Of a stretch of DNA of 64,000 bases, positions 51,705 to 64,000 are shown piece by piece. How positions within the stretch are numbered: the first letter of the stretch is position 1; every line of letters begins with the position of its first letter. This DNA is from Camelus ferus (Eukaryota): positions 27,220,001 through 27,284,000 of the forward strand of contig NC_045697.1 in assembly GCF_009834535.1 (NCBI RefSeq), read 5' to 3'. The notes below the pieces were generated by a model, which was not told where the DNA came from, made no database searches, and worked only from the letters and a program-made list of their open reading frames with translations. A program made the translations under genes and the position numbers.

Positions 51705-52101
51705 TGGGGAGAGTCTCCTTGGGTTCTTCATGTTTCTACACGTTTTCTGAGCAGAGGCACTGACTCCTTTGCTCTGGACTACCTTTTCAATTTCTTTTTT
51801 TTTCTGATAGCAAACAGCCATGGAGGATAGAAAGTATCTCTCTCTGGAGTGAAGGATGGACATGCTTACTCCCCAGTATGAAATATTCAGGCTTCTAAAA
51901 CTCAGGTGCCTCTCCTGTAACCCACTGTGGATACAGGTGTCATCTGGCCCGTGGGAACGGAGGGTCAGGGAACCAGCAAAAATTGCTATTGCTCTGAGTA
52001 ATAAATTGTCCTTTGTCTCTGACCCCCAGGCTTACTTGTGGCTGACTAACTAGTTAGCTTGCAAGTAGGATATAGTTGCAGGCCCTTTACAGTTTGTGAC
52101 A
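51705..52101 (+). mobile_element. Solo LTR related to 31997-32494
   Basis: tg...ca termini, near-TSD gtca/ggca, aataaa followed by gtcctttgtctctgacc. Confidence 0.75.
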
Positions 52102-52297
52102 GGCACTGTGTTCCTAGCAGAGAGGAACAGAATGCACTGTGGCACAGAGGCATGAGAAATCACATCTCACATGGGGAACAATACCTAGTTACTTATCATC
52201 TCCAGAACCGAAAGGTGCATGAAAGATATGAAGTTGGTGAGAGAGACAGGACCAGATTCGGAAGAGATCACATATGCTGTGTAGAAGATTTTAGGTG

Positions 52298-52388
52298 TTT
52301 TTTTTTTTTTAATGGAGGTACTGGGGATTGAACCCAGGGCCTCATGCATGCTAAGCATGCACTCTACCTTTGAGCTCTATGACCCCTA
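52298..52388 (-). mobile_element. tRNA-Ala-derived SINE (Vic-1-like), short form, antisense
   Basis: T-run then ggggattgaacccagggcctcatgcatgctaagcatgcactctacc. Confidence 0.9.
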
Positions 52389-52607
52389 CTCTCTGCCAAG
52401 AGTTTAGATTTTATAGGGGCTGTTACTAAGGAATTTTAGCAGAGGAGTGACATGATCAATTTTGTGTGTGGGTTGAATTACTCTAGCAAATATGTGAAGG
52501 CTGGATTGAAGGTTGGCCACTTTTTCAACAGCTGAGGAAAGATAAGCTCTATTTAGATGTAAAGCAGTTTAGAAGTAGTGATAGGATGAGGAAGGCATCA
52601 GAGTGAC

Positions 52608-52956
52608 TATCTTAGTCCATTCGGGCTGCTGAATATCACAGAATAGACTGGGTAGTTTATGAACAACGGAACTTATTTCTTACAGTTCTGGAGGGTGGGA
52701 AGCCCAGGACCCAGATGCTGGCGGAGGCAGCATCTGTGATGTTCATAGACCGCCACCTTTTCCCTGTGTGCTCTTGTGGTAGAGGGTAGGTGGGCTCTCT
52801 GGGTCTCTCTGACGAAAGCATTAATCCTGTGTGTGTGAGTTCCACCCTCATTACCTAACCACCTCCAAGAGGCTCCACCTCCAAATACCATCACACTGGG
52901 GATTAGGATACCAGCATATGAATGAAGGGAGATCAGACCAAACATTCAGTTACAGC
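52608..52956 (-). mobile_element. MLT1A/B-like MaLR solo LTR
   Basis: tcttagtccattcgggctgct...ttcttacagttctggagg...ccacctccaaataccatcacactgggg. Confidence 0.85.
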
Positions 52957-52959
52957 AAG

Positions 52960-53900
52960 GACTCCTTGGCTTTTGACTTGGCCAATAAAATAAATGGTGA
53001 TACTGTTCACGGAGATGTAGCTCATAGGAAGGCAGAGAACCTCTGGAAAGGAGGGAGGTGAGACTGAGTGAGTTTTAAAATGACTAAATTGAGGCCGAGG
53101 TGCTATCTGGATAGGTGATCCAGATAGAAATATTTAATGGTCTCTGCCGACCTGGAGCTCAGGAAGGAGACAGACATGTGGGAATCATCAGGGCGTTTGT
53201 GGTAGATGCATTCTTGTGCAGCATTCAAGAGAGCAGTTTGAGAATCAGGTGAAAACTCAAATCACTTGTGACAAGCAACTCCCACTCTCAAGGCCTCAGT
53301 TTCCTAGGTCATAAAAATGGCAATAATAATAATAGTCTCTAACTGGCACTGAGGTTAGAGATGAAGGTTGTTATGAAGATGAAATGAGATAACAGGTGCA
53401 AAGTGCCTGGCACTCAGTGAAATGGAAGCTGTCCTCAGTGGCAGCAGGAGTATCAGAGGTGGTTGCTGACACCATGAGACTGGGTGAAATTGTCCGAAGG
53501 GAGCAGGTGGGATGAGGGGAGAGGACAGAGTCAAGCAGGGGTAGAAGGAACTGAAAAGAAGCAACCAGAGCGGTAAGAAGAGAACCAGGAGAGTCTCAAG
53601 CAGGACGGTGTGGTCCATGGTGAGAAGCTGATCAGAAGGGACAAGACAGCTAAGGACTAAAAAGCGCCGTTTGGATTTCACAACCAGAGGATGTGGGCGA
53701 CCTTTGAACGGGAGCAACTGCTTCTAGTCACAATCCAGATTGTGGAGGGGCAGGAGGAAGTGGAGACGGCAAGTGTAGACTTTACCTGGAAGGCAGTTGT
53801 GCAGGGAAGGAAGAGTTGGGGCCGGGGGAGGTTTGAGGTCAAGGGAAGATATCTGTTTTTTTTTTGCAGGGGTGGGAGAGACTTCATTCACTCTTTATCA
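52960..53900 (-). mobile_element. Degraded L2 with a MIR inserted at about 53250-53430
   Basis: Purine-rich L2-like blocks; ggcctcagtttcct...aaaatggcaataataat. Confidence 0.6.
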
Positions 53901-54884
53901 TATTTATGGGGCCTGTTGGGGATTGGGGATACACTGACAAAGAAGATGCAGGCCCTGTCTTCACAGAACTTCTTGAAGCATGTGTATATATACGCTCAGG
54001 GAACACACAAGAGAATGAAGGTCCAGGGAACAGGTGAGTACAGGTTAGGGCCTGAGATCCTGTAGCCAACTCAGCTCTGGGCAGAAAGGTTTTGCCATTG
54101 ATGGAACAGGAGGGCGATGGGAAACATCAAACGTGGTTGTCGAAAGTCACGCAGAGAGAAGGGAGGATTACCCACTGGGTGAGTGTGAGTCTAGTACTGG
54201 CAACGCCCTCTGTCGATGAGGAGAGGCAAGGTGTTGAGATGATGATTCATATACATGAGTGAAACAAAGCAGTATTTATGATGGTGTTTGGAACATAACA
54301 GTCGCCAAGAACACATTAATGGAATTTGAATTCGTGATTCAGAACCTCTGGCTACGTCACGGGGAAAGCCTTTTACGTCTAAAGTGGTATCAGGAGTGAT
54401 AAGGTCCGTTGTTGAAAACTGCTCTGGTTCAGTAGACTATGATGACAGACAGCTGATACTTTTTCTCACAAGATTACTTTTGGCGGGGGTGGGGGGAGCC
54501 ACCAGTACTTAATTTGATCATCTTAAAAAAAATTCCTCGAAATACATGTAAAATAACACAGCAGGGGGGATAAAGCTGTCCAAGCAGCAGCCTGTTGTTT
54601 CTGTGGGGCTTGCCCTTGTTGACTCTAAGAGACTTAACGTTCACCAGGAGCCACCCGGTGGGACCTTTGTAACCCATAGTGAGTGTGACGCTTACGGCGT
54701 TTTCAGGCTTTATATGTAGTACAATTTCAAGGAAGCTCTCGGCCGAGCAGCTTATTTGAACTAATATCCATTTCTTCCTCTATTTGGGTTTCAGACTCTT
54801 AAGCTCTTCTGAAATAGTAACTCTTCGAAAGTAGCTATTGCGGTGACTTCATTAAATTCTAATGCCTCTGTTTTTCCCCTGCAG

Positions 54885-54965
54885 GATTCTGCATCAGAAG
54901 CATGTAAAATAGATAGCTTGGTCTAGAATAGAAAACAGTGGCAGCGTTTGGCCGAGTTTCCCAAC
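54885..54965 (+). other. TBC1D1: TBC1D1 exon 2, 5' UTR portion
   Basis: Acceptor tttttcccctgcag|G at 54884/54885, branch-point-like ctaat upstream. Confidence 0.85.
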
Positions 54966-55382
54966 ATGGAACCGATAACGTTCACAGCGAGGAAACATCT
55001 GTTTCCTACTGATGCCTCGGTGGACTTCGGCCTCCAGCTGGTGGGCTCCCTGGCGGTGCACTCTCTGACCACCATGCCCATGCTGCCTTGGGTCGTGGCG
55101 GAGGTGCGGAGGCTCAGCGGGCAGTCCTCCAGAAAGGAGCCTGGTACCAAGCAAGTCCGCCTTGCTGTTTCGCCCTCTGGACTGAGATGTGAGCCTGAGC
55201 CGGGGAAGAGTCAACAGTGGGACCCGCTGATCTGCTCCAGCATCTTCGAGTGTAAGCCTCAGCACGTTCACAAACTGATCCATAACAGTCACGACCCAAG
55301 TTATTTTGCTTGTCTGATTAAAGACAAGGCAGCCCATCAGCAGAGTATCTGCTACGTGTTCAAAGCCGACGATCAAACAAAA
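54966..55382 (+). CDS. TBC1D1: TBC1D1 first coding exon (Rab-GAP of the AS160/TBC1D4 family, N-terminal PTB domain), 139 codons; gene continues beyond the window
   Basis: ccaacATGg strong Kozak; MEPITFTARKH...VFKADDQTK|gtaagt; 417 nt. Confidence 0.97.
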
Positions 55383-55681
55383 GTAAGTGGAGGTGGGGAT
55401 CCAAAGGGTGAAGGTGTGGCTGGATGGCTTTTGTTGCACAGGGTCCGAACGTTTAAGTATCTTGGAATTAAGAGAAAGCTAAGGCTGCAGCTAAACATAG
55501 ATTATGTCACTGGAGTTTTGGTTTATGGGGAGGGTTGCTCTATAGTCTTGAAGAACATTTGATAACAGATATTAAAATGAAAAATGTAGGAGGCCCAAAA
55601 TTCAACAGAGAAATCTTTCTAAACTTATACCGAAGAGCTGAACTAGTAGGATTCAGCTCATTTAAGGTGTGTGTTCTAAAA

Positions 55682-55845
55682 GAGTGCTTCTCAAACAGAA
55701 TTGTGCCCAGGACTCCCCTGGGGGTCTTGTTAAAATGCAAATTCTGATCCAGTAGGTCTGGGATGAACCCTGAGACTGCATTTCTAACAAGCTGCCAGGA
55801 GATACTGGTACTGCTTCTGTGCAGATGGCACTCTGAGTAGAAAAC
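55682..55845. mobile_element. MER5A-like hAT MITE
   Basis: agtgcttctcaaac...cttgttaaaatgcaaattctgat...ctgcatttctaacaagc. Confidence 0.85.
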
Positions 55846-58123
55846 TCCTATATCAGCGAGCTCTACGTTTTTAATTTTGTTAACAAAAATACATTTATGA
55901 TAAGAATATTATTAGCCAGTTTCCCAAGGTGTAATGTTCACTTAGGCAGAGACCATTGGTAAAAATAGTGGATATGAATCTAAGCTTTGAAACTTTCAGG
56001 TTTTGGGGGGGGGTTTTTGGTCAACTTCATGTCTGATGTGATTAGCTTATTATTGTTATATCTAATGACATGGCTGAGAAAAATGTTATACGAGAAACGG
56101 TAGAAATATTGTCAGCTCTATGTTTATTTGTGCTTGTACTGTTGTTAGCATGTGTTTTTGCAGTTCTGTGCAGAACTCATTCAAGCCACTTGGCTGTTTT
56201 GTGAGGGAGGGTTAGTTTAGATACAATTGAAAATGTAATCTCGACAGCCCCTTTCTGCATTGGGCCCATGTTGACCGCGATCGGGTACAGACTACAGAAA
56301 GCGAGCAAGCAGGTGGGGGCCTCACTGCTAACCCCGGGGCCTGAGGAAGCCAGCGCTAGGCCTGAGTGTCTGGTGTGCCTGTGTGGCTATCTGCCACACT
56401 CAGGACACGCAGGACTCTGAGGCTGCCAATGCTGATTCTGGTGGTAGGTGCCAGTAAGTAGACAAGTGCTAATGTTTTCCCCCTCATCCCGCTGGGGCTT
56501 TTTTTGCACACCGTCCAGGGTGCATGAACCTCATTTGGAAATGAAAGTTCTCGGTGACTAAATAGATTTGTGGAGATTCACTTTTGTTTGTTCATTACTC
56601 ATTCCTTCAGTGGTTGCTGCTCCAGGTCCTGGGTGGGAGGATGTAGTACAGGCCAGAATGAAGGCAGCAGTGTCAGCAGGTAAATACCACATGGTCTGTG
56701 GACCGGGCGGCGTGACGGGAGGGCAGAGTATGGAGTCTAACACGCTGGACTGTAAGGAAGGCTTTTTGAAATAATGGCTCATCTGGAGATTAAAACCACT
56801 ATTGTACACACAGAATTGGGTATCTTCTTATTGGAAGTCGTTTGATGTTATTGTTCCTGCATCTCAGGCGGGATAGCATTCCAGTTTGGAGCTTCAGAGG
56901 GACTCACTCCAGGATTCCAGTCCTGTCTGCCACCTGTAAACTGGGTGGCCTCAGGCAACACTGAGCTTGTTTCCTCATCTGTAAAATGGGGCTAATTATA
57001 GTCTCTATCTCGTAGAGTTGTTGGGAGGGCTAAATAAACTAGAATGGCACCTGAAACCAGTAAGCATTTCTGGCTGTAAAAACTTTTCATTAAAGAAAGT
57101 TTTACTGGAAGCAAATTATATGCTAATTAACCTTCAAATCTTAGAAGAAAAAGAGACCAAGAAGCATGTCTTCAGCTCTCAGGATGAGATCCGGGTCATC
57201 TCTGAGCAATGTTTTTATAAACTAGACACTTAAAAAACTGCGTAAGTAAACTTAACGGTTGTTGCTCTTATTTGGGCAAATTCCAGGATGAAAATTAGAG
57301 GACTGAACAGACTGTACTCCACGCCAGCTCTATGTAAGGACTGAGTTTCCTTGGGGAGAGTTCTGCATGGAATAGTCGTTCAGCACTTTACGCTTTCGAC
57401 TCTCTCCCAAATCTTTTACAGCCATCCGAGATCAGGCTTCTGGCCAGTCACTGAGCTACCTGACAGGAAGGAGAGATTTATAACCAAATTCTGGAACTGG
57501 GGCTTCCAGTCATGCTGAAAATAGAGATTTGGCCTCATTCTGTATTCTAAAAAGCCACGGTAGAAAGATGAATCAGTTCTTAGGTTATTTCTGGCTTGCA
57601 TACAGTTTTTATAAACACAAATTGCCAGTACTTAGAGTAATCAGTTGCTGTCATCCTGTCCGTTTTATAAGAGTAATTTGTAACACAAGCACCTCAATCA
57701 GCGATTCTCTTGTTGTTGGAAACTGAATGGTAAACCAGATTGGCTCTGATTCTAGCTGGCATGATATCTTTTATGTTCTTGGGACACCCTAACCTGTGTC
57801 GTCGTTTCTCATGACTGTAGCATTTGCTCAGTGAAATAATTCTGCAGGTTAAGGCTTGTTTTAACGAGATGAGCTCGGTATCCAACCACGTTTGCCAGAG
57901 GAGATATATGCATTTACTGCCAGGGTCACAAGCTCAAAACTACTGTGTGAGATGAAACCCTTTGAACAGCATGTGAATTAACTTATTGAAGAAGGTCTGG
58001 GAAGAAGAGGCACAGAGAGGTGTTTTATAAGCACAACATGAGATTGTGTTTCCCATTATATGTTCTATGGATACACTCAAGGTGTTCCGCAGAGAACGGC
58101 TTCCATGATCAAAATACATTAGG

Positions 58124-59050
58124 GCAGCATCTCAAACTTCTGATCTGAAGACCCCTTTTCTCTCTTAAAAATTATTGAGGATCCCCAAAAGTGTTAATGT
58201 AGGTTATCTATTCAGTAAGTATCTAGTCATACTTACTGTGTTAGAAATTTCTAATTCTATTGTATTAGAAATTCAAACTGGGACATTTAAAGGTATTAAA
58301 TTTAAAGACATTTAAATTTATTAAAAACAAAAATAATAGGGGGTGGGGGATAGCTCAAGTGGTAGAGCACATGCTTAGCATGCATGAGGTCCTGGGTTCA
58401 ATCCCCAGTACCTCCTCTAAAAATAAAGAAAGAAATAAACCTAATTACTTCCCCCCCAAAACAAAACAAAAAACAAAAACAATAAACCCTGACGGGTCAG
58501 CATAAATTTTTTTGTGTGTGAAAAATAACTGTATTTTCTCCCTGAATTAAGTGACAAGAGTGGCATCATTTGACTTTTTGTTTGCTTGGTTTTTCTTTTT
58601 CCAAATCTCTTTCACGTCTAGACAACTATTAGTTCACGGCTGCTTCTCTACTCATTCTGTTTGTGATATGTTGTTTGGTTGAGGATATGAAGAAAATTTG
58701 GCCTCACACAGATAAGTAGTAGGAAAATGGAGAAATATTTTATAGCCTTTTTAGAAAATTTGGAATATTTTTCTTTAATGTTATCCCCAAACTCAACAAA
58801 TGGTAGTATTCTGTTGCAATATAAAATCTGAAACCATATCAAGGCACTTTTTGCACTTTGTTGTATTAAAATCCATTAGTCTGTCTTGTGCCTTAATGAG
58901 TCTTCTAAGCAAGCATGATTCTGTAACATTGTGCCTAGATTATTTGGGAAATATTGGTTCACTGAGTTATACAGACCACACCCTGAGAACTGCTGTCTTA
59001 GAGAAACACTGTATTTTCTATTCCACTCTTGAATTATGTATTAGTCCATT
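58124..59050. mobile_element. Charlie1-like hAT transposon fragment
   Basis: tctcaaactt...gaccccttttctctcttaaaaattattgagga; aactcaacaaatggtagt. Confidence 0.7.
58339..58468 (+). mobile_element. tRNA-Ala-derived SINE (Vic-1-like), long form, nested in the Charlie1-like element
   Basis: A/B boxes, AGC loop, acctaattac segment; TSD aaaaacaaaaataata/aaaaacaaaaacaata. Confidence 0.92.
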
Positions 59051-61611
59051 AAATCCCCAAATTTATTTGACCATAGGTTACATTTTCTCATAACATCCAA
59101 GAGCATCCCTCAGAACACGTGTGAACACAGTGGCATAAGGTTCTGGGTTGAAGTTTAGTTTTGAGTTGGGATCCATGGCAGGAAATGAAAACATTCACTC
59201 CAGAAAACAGGTGGCTGCTTGGGTGACCCTGACCAGATCTTCACCTCATCACATCACAGAGAAGTCGGGAGTTCCTCCTAGACTCAGCCCTAGAAAAAGC
59301 ATCAAGTCTAAGAAAATTGCCTCAAGATTCTTTCCTTCCCCAGTTCTTCAGCTTTGTTTCTGCTAAGAAAATTCATACTCAGAAGACCATCAGATCTGCC
59401 ACTCACTTGAGTTTACTTTAGATCACTCAGAAGAGTATTTACATTTTAATTCTTTTTTAAATCTATGAAGTACAAAGCTCTGCTTCCTTTAAGAGACTGT
59501 CCAGCACTGAGTTGCAGGTAGCCGAAGGGTTATGTGCTGACATTTTATGTTGTTGTTTTATGTCAATAAAAGGAAAGGATGAAATTTGAATGGGAAATGG
59601 CAGGGATTACTGAGCTGGTAACAAATGGAGGAGAAGTGTAGGCTGGTGTTCAGGGGAGAGAGTGAACCGTACGTGGGACCCTGGGTAAGTCAGAAATCTG
59701 GTAATAACGTGAGAGTAGTTTTGCTGTAAGTGCCCGCAGTTCTTCAGCTGACTTACCATCCCTGAAACCCATCCTGACTTTTCAAACACTGTTCCCGACC
59801 TTAGTCAGATCTGATCTTCTGGCTCTGACATGTAGTCTGGGCAGAGTGGGGAGTTTCAGGACTGAGACGGGCCGGGTACTCCCGGATTCCCTTTCTGCAG
59901 CCTCCCTAAGAGCATCTTGGGTTTGCTAGAATCTCGCTGGCCTCATTCCTCCCTCTCCCAAGGAGGACATCCCATCTCTTACTGGGACATGATAAAGTAC
60001 TAAAACCTTAGGGATGAGGAGGAGGGGGAAAGTGTGGAGAAGGAACTTGAGATGGGGAGTAGAGATGCTGAAGTGACTGCATGGGAGGCAGAAGTGTAGT
60101 CTAGAAGAGGACTTTGTTAAAGGTTGCCGAGGAAGATGTGTTTAAGAGAATGTCAGTGTCCCTTGAAAGAATGGGTTTCCTTTTCTATGAAATTTGGCAA
60201 TGAAACTGCATTTCTTGAAAGTGATATATATCTAAGACTGAACCCTGTGGGCTTCCATACCTCTCATTTTAAGAGTGCTTAACTATTTGTGGACTTAAAG
60301 AGTAAGAAATGTTTCCTTTTGAAATTTCCAGTAAAGAACCAATGTATTCTCGCATGAGGCCCTGTAGGTACCCCGTCTTTCTCAGTAACTGATGGAGAGC
60401 TACCTCTCCTGGCCTCTCCGGATCCGTTACATTGCACATCAGCTGAAAAGGTGGTTTAAAGTTGTTTTCCTGTAATTAGCAGGATTAGTACTTCAGTCCC
60501 CTGTATTGAACGCCCAAGTTGCTTTGGCTGACTTTTATGATTTAATTAACAATTTAAAAACATTTTATTTTTGATCGTAGCTTTGTTTTGGTTGCATTAC
60601 TCATTTGTCTTAATAATTCCCCATCTGCTTGGAGTTTTAAGTTAGTGACTTAAAATAAGCACCACTTATTTCGGGATTTTCAATAAAGGCTGTCTTCAGT
60701 TGCATCTCTTGCTTGGCTGTTAGATTTGCTGGCTCATTACTTTCTTTCTTTGCTAGAGTGAAGGTCAAAATTACAACTCTGGGCTGGAGCATTTTGTTCC
60801 TGAGGGGGATTATTCTGAAGAGCACAGGGTTACTTTGCTACTCTTTTTGTCTTGTGCCCTTTCCCTGGTGAGTCTTCATAATTTCTAAATATCAGACGTT
60901 AGTCTGTCTTTGCTACTCAGGGAATAGTTCTGAGAAGGTTTTGTTCTGTATGTTTGGGAAGATTTTTTATCGATGTTAAAATTCCCACTGGGTGTCTTTA
61001 ATCCCACTCTGGTTTGTTGTGTAAGATTTCACTTGGCCCTCTTGGGGCTGTGACTCAGTGTATGGTTGCACAGACCAGTGTCTCCGTGTCAGCTCAACAC
61101 TGAACCGTCCGTCATCCTAGACAGAAGTCGGTTGTGGGTGCAAAGATTGGCAGGGATTCTTTTTCATCTATAAAAAGAATGTCCTGGCCAGCATGAACTC
61201 CGAAGCATTTGTTGGAAGGTTTGGGTCCATGACACGGGATTGATTACATAGTTCATTTTTGACTTTGAAAAATGAGTCTGAGGGTTTCAGAAGCATCCAT
61301 CTGGTCATAAGTGCTTAGATAATTTCTTATAAGTCTTTATTTTCAACATGTGTCACTTTATTTTTTTTAATAATTAATGCTTTGTTGTATAAATCAAGAC
61401 ATATCAATGACAAAAAAGTAATAATTTGTGCCTGACATTAGTCTAAGGTTTTTTTTTTCACGTGTGACTTTATATAGCTTTGCATTTTTCACCAAATGCT
61501 TTGCCTTTTTAAGCATATTTATAATATAAATCTGTTCCTAAGAATAGACTTTACAACTATCTTGAACCTAAAGTTGACTTGCATCTTAAAAAGATTTATT
61601 TATAGCCTAGA

Positions 61612-61915
61612 TCTCCACTGTCAAGTACAATAATCAGTAGTCGTTTGGGGCATTTTCAGTGTAGCTCATCTGAACTGAGATGTGCTGTAAGTGTCAAAAC
61701 AGTAGATTTCAAGGACTTAGTTTTGAAAAAAGGAATGTAAAATATCTCAATAATGTTCTATATTGGTTACATGTTGAAATGACAATATTTTCTATATATG
61801 GGGTTAATTCAAAGATAATACTAAAATTAACTTCACCTTTCATTTTACCTTTTTGGATGTGCCTACAAGAGAATTTAAAATTACATACATAGCTTGCATC
61901 CTCTTTCTGCAAATG
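61612..61915 (-). mobile_element. MER33/MER3-like hAT MITE
   Basis: tgaactgagatgtgctgtaagtgt...aatgtaaaatatctcaataa...ttaacttcacc. Confidence 0.8.
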
Positions 61916-62032
61916 CTGGATTAGCTACCTAAGAAGTATTTCTGGAAATCATCTGAATATTTATCACAAAGTGACTTCAGGTTTCCCCCTTTTCTTTGCT
62001 GCCTTGTCTTCGTTAATGATAGAATTTTGCTT

Positions 62033-62139
62033 GGGGAGGAGGGTATAACTCAGTGGCAGAGCACATGCTTGGCATGCATGAGGTCCTGGGTTCAATCCCC
62101 AGCACCTTTTTTTTTTTTTTTTCATCTTCTTTTTTTTAA
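62033..62139 (+). mobile_element. tRNA-Ala-derived SINE with an atypical T-rich tail
   Basis: Body 62033-62106, T-rich run 62107-62137, perfect TSD agaattttgct (62021, 62140). Confidence 0.92.
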
Positions 62140-64000
62140 AGAATTTTGCTAAAAGTCACTCTAAAAAAAATCACAGTGAAAACTGTGACCTGCTTTTGTT
62201 CTTGATGCAGATTGCAGTGGAGAAGAGCTCTGTGGGCCACTGGTTTGGGATATGGTGAAAGAGATAGATCTCTTGTTTCTACTTTTTCTCTTCTTTGAAT
62301 AAGTTTCCTTCTTCTGGACGCTGAGGTGTCTGTCCCACTAACTGCTGCCTGTGATCCTGAACCCACAATCGGAGCAGGCCAACTGGAGAGCTGGCCTGGC
62401 TCTCAGAAGGCCTCAGATGGGGCTGGCTGGGGAGTGGGGCTGGGGGAGGAGCCTGACACAAGACCAACCAGAAAGCTTACATGTGACTTCCGGGCAGCCT
62501 GTCTGGCAGGAGCCCTTTTCTGGCTACTTGGATTCCAGCAGTACCTCAGAAGTCATCCTTTCCTGTGGTCAAGTGATGTATTTGAAACGTTGCTGATTTT
62601 ACATTAATTCTTTCTTTGGAATGTGACCAATGATCCTGCACTTGGCTGGGTGCTAGGGTACAAAGTCAAATAAGCTATGACTGCCCCCTTAAGAAGTAGA
62701 ATGACATTTTATGTGCCAAAAATAGATTCTGAATGCTGCGCTGCCAGGAATTAGCAAACACCTGTAAGTTATGGAAGAGGACAGCTGAGAGAATGGGAGG
62801 AGCCCCAGTATAATAAACGTCAGCAGTTACGTAAAAAGCTGGCGCTGTACAAAAAGAAACAGACGAATGATAAACTGCTCCAGAAGGCAGGATTTTGCAG
62901 ACAGATTTTGGGCTCCTCCTGACAGTGATAGCCATCTAATAATTAAATGGGTTTTATTGAGCAGTGGACGTGGATGGAGGTTTCACCTGGCAAGTCACCG
63001 TCTTCCTGCATCCACACTTCCCACCATGAGGAACGTACTGCTTGACAGTGTCCCCTCTCGTGTCAGATACCTGAGTTGCTCCTAAATCTTTTACATAGAG
63101 ATGAAGTTGTTTCCTGTGATGTCTGGTTGTTCGTCACGGATCTGTTCTGGAGGGACCTTCCAGAATGTAATGCATTTTCCATAGGAAACTTGAGTGGGTT
63201 TTAAAGACCCTTAGGAATTTCTCAGGCTGATGAGTTGGGTGCAGATTGAATGGATATCCTGAGTAGAGGATATAACACGTGCCAAACCAGAATGGAGCAA
63301 AGACACGTAGCTGGAGCTGCTGTGATTGATGTTTTGCAGATTGCATGGTCAGAGATGAGACAGGGAAGAAAAGCTGGGGTCAGATTTTACAGGGATTGAT
63401 ATGCCTTGCTAAGGGAGTTGGGTATTCTTCTTAAGAAGGTTGTGCTGTTAAGTGTTAGCCATTAGAGGCATTAATCAGGAAAGTGAAATAATCGGATTTG
63501 TTTTTAGATTTTGGAGTGGAGGATGGAGTAGAGGGTTGAGAGACAGAGGAGGGAGACCAGTTGGGAGGCTACTGCAGTCAGTGTGAAAACTCCGTCTGTG
63601 TCTTGATCCATAAGTGTAATATGAAGTGGCTTGTTCCTGCTGAACCCGTGTTGATGTCTTCTGATCACTGTCCCTTCTGGTACCCAGAAGGGTTTGAATA
63701 GTCTGTTTATTGGTCTCTGACGGAAGAGAAAGTCAATCAGATTCTGATTTCCTGTCCTATTGATGTTGACTTGCTTGGTTCCTAAGGAATGATATGAAGA
63801 ATAACATGAAAGTAAAATTTCTGATTTGCTTCTGCTTGGTCTTCTAAAATATATATCTTGGTATCGCCCATCTTAAACACAAACCCTCTCCTAACCGCAT
63901 TTTCCATTCCGGCTTCCTCCAGTGACGGGCCCAGCTTTGTGCTCCATTTTTCGAGACTTGCTGTGGTGGCTGCCTTTGCTTCCACTCACCCACTTTCTCC

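Noticed and set aside
54894..55439. 181-aa minus-strand ORF
   Set aside because: Antisense shadow of the TBC1D1 coding exon

Overview
Mammalian genomic DNA, most likely a camelid (camel/alpaca/llama). That inference rests on seven copies of a tRNA-Ala(AGC)-derived SINE resembling camelid Vic-1, with no Alu, B1/B2, Bov-tA/BovB, PRE-1 or CAN SINEs recognised. The + strand carries the last 12 coding exons of PGM2 (510-22209; 1590 nt spliced, 529 aa plus stop, all introns GT-AG, catalytic motifs intact). Next comes a repeat-rich intergenic region of about 21 kb. Then follow the CpG-island promoter, non-coding exon 1 (donor at 45276) and first coding exon (ATG 54966, donor 55382) of TBC1D1, matching conserved PGM2-TBC1D1 synteny. 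I see no wholly new multi-gene system. The best leads are: (1) Gln at TBC1D1 residue 125, the human R125W obesity-variant site; (2) an E-box/MEF2-TATA module and a hairpin in the TBC1D1 promoter; (3) two uORFs in the TBC1D1 leader; (4) a young L1 with about 431 stop-free ORF2 codons in a PGM2 intron; (5) a SINE whose A-tail is replaced by a T-run; (6) an old twin-primed L1 followed by nested tandem duplications. Repeat family names, exon numbers and human comparisons come from memory and need confirming with RepeatMasker/BLAST.
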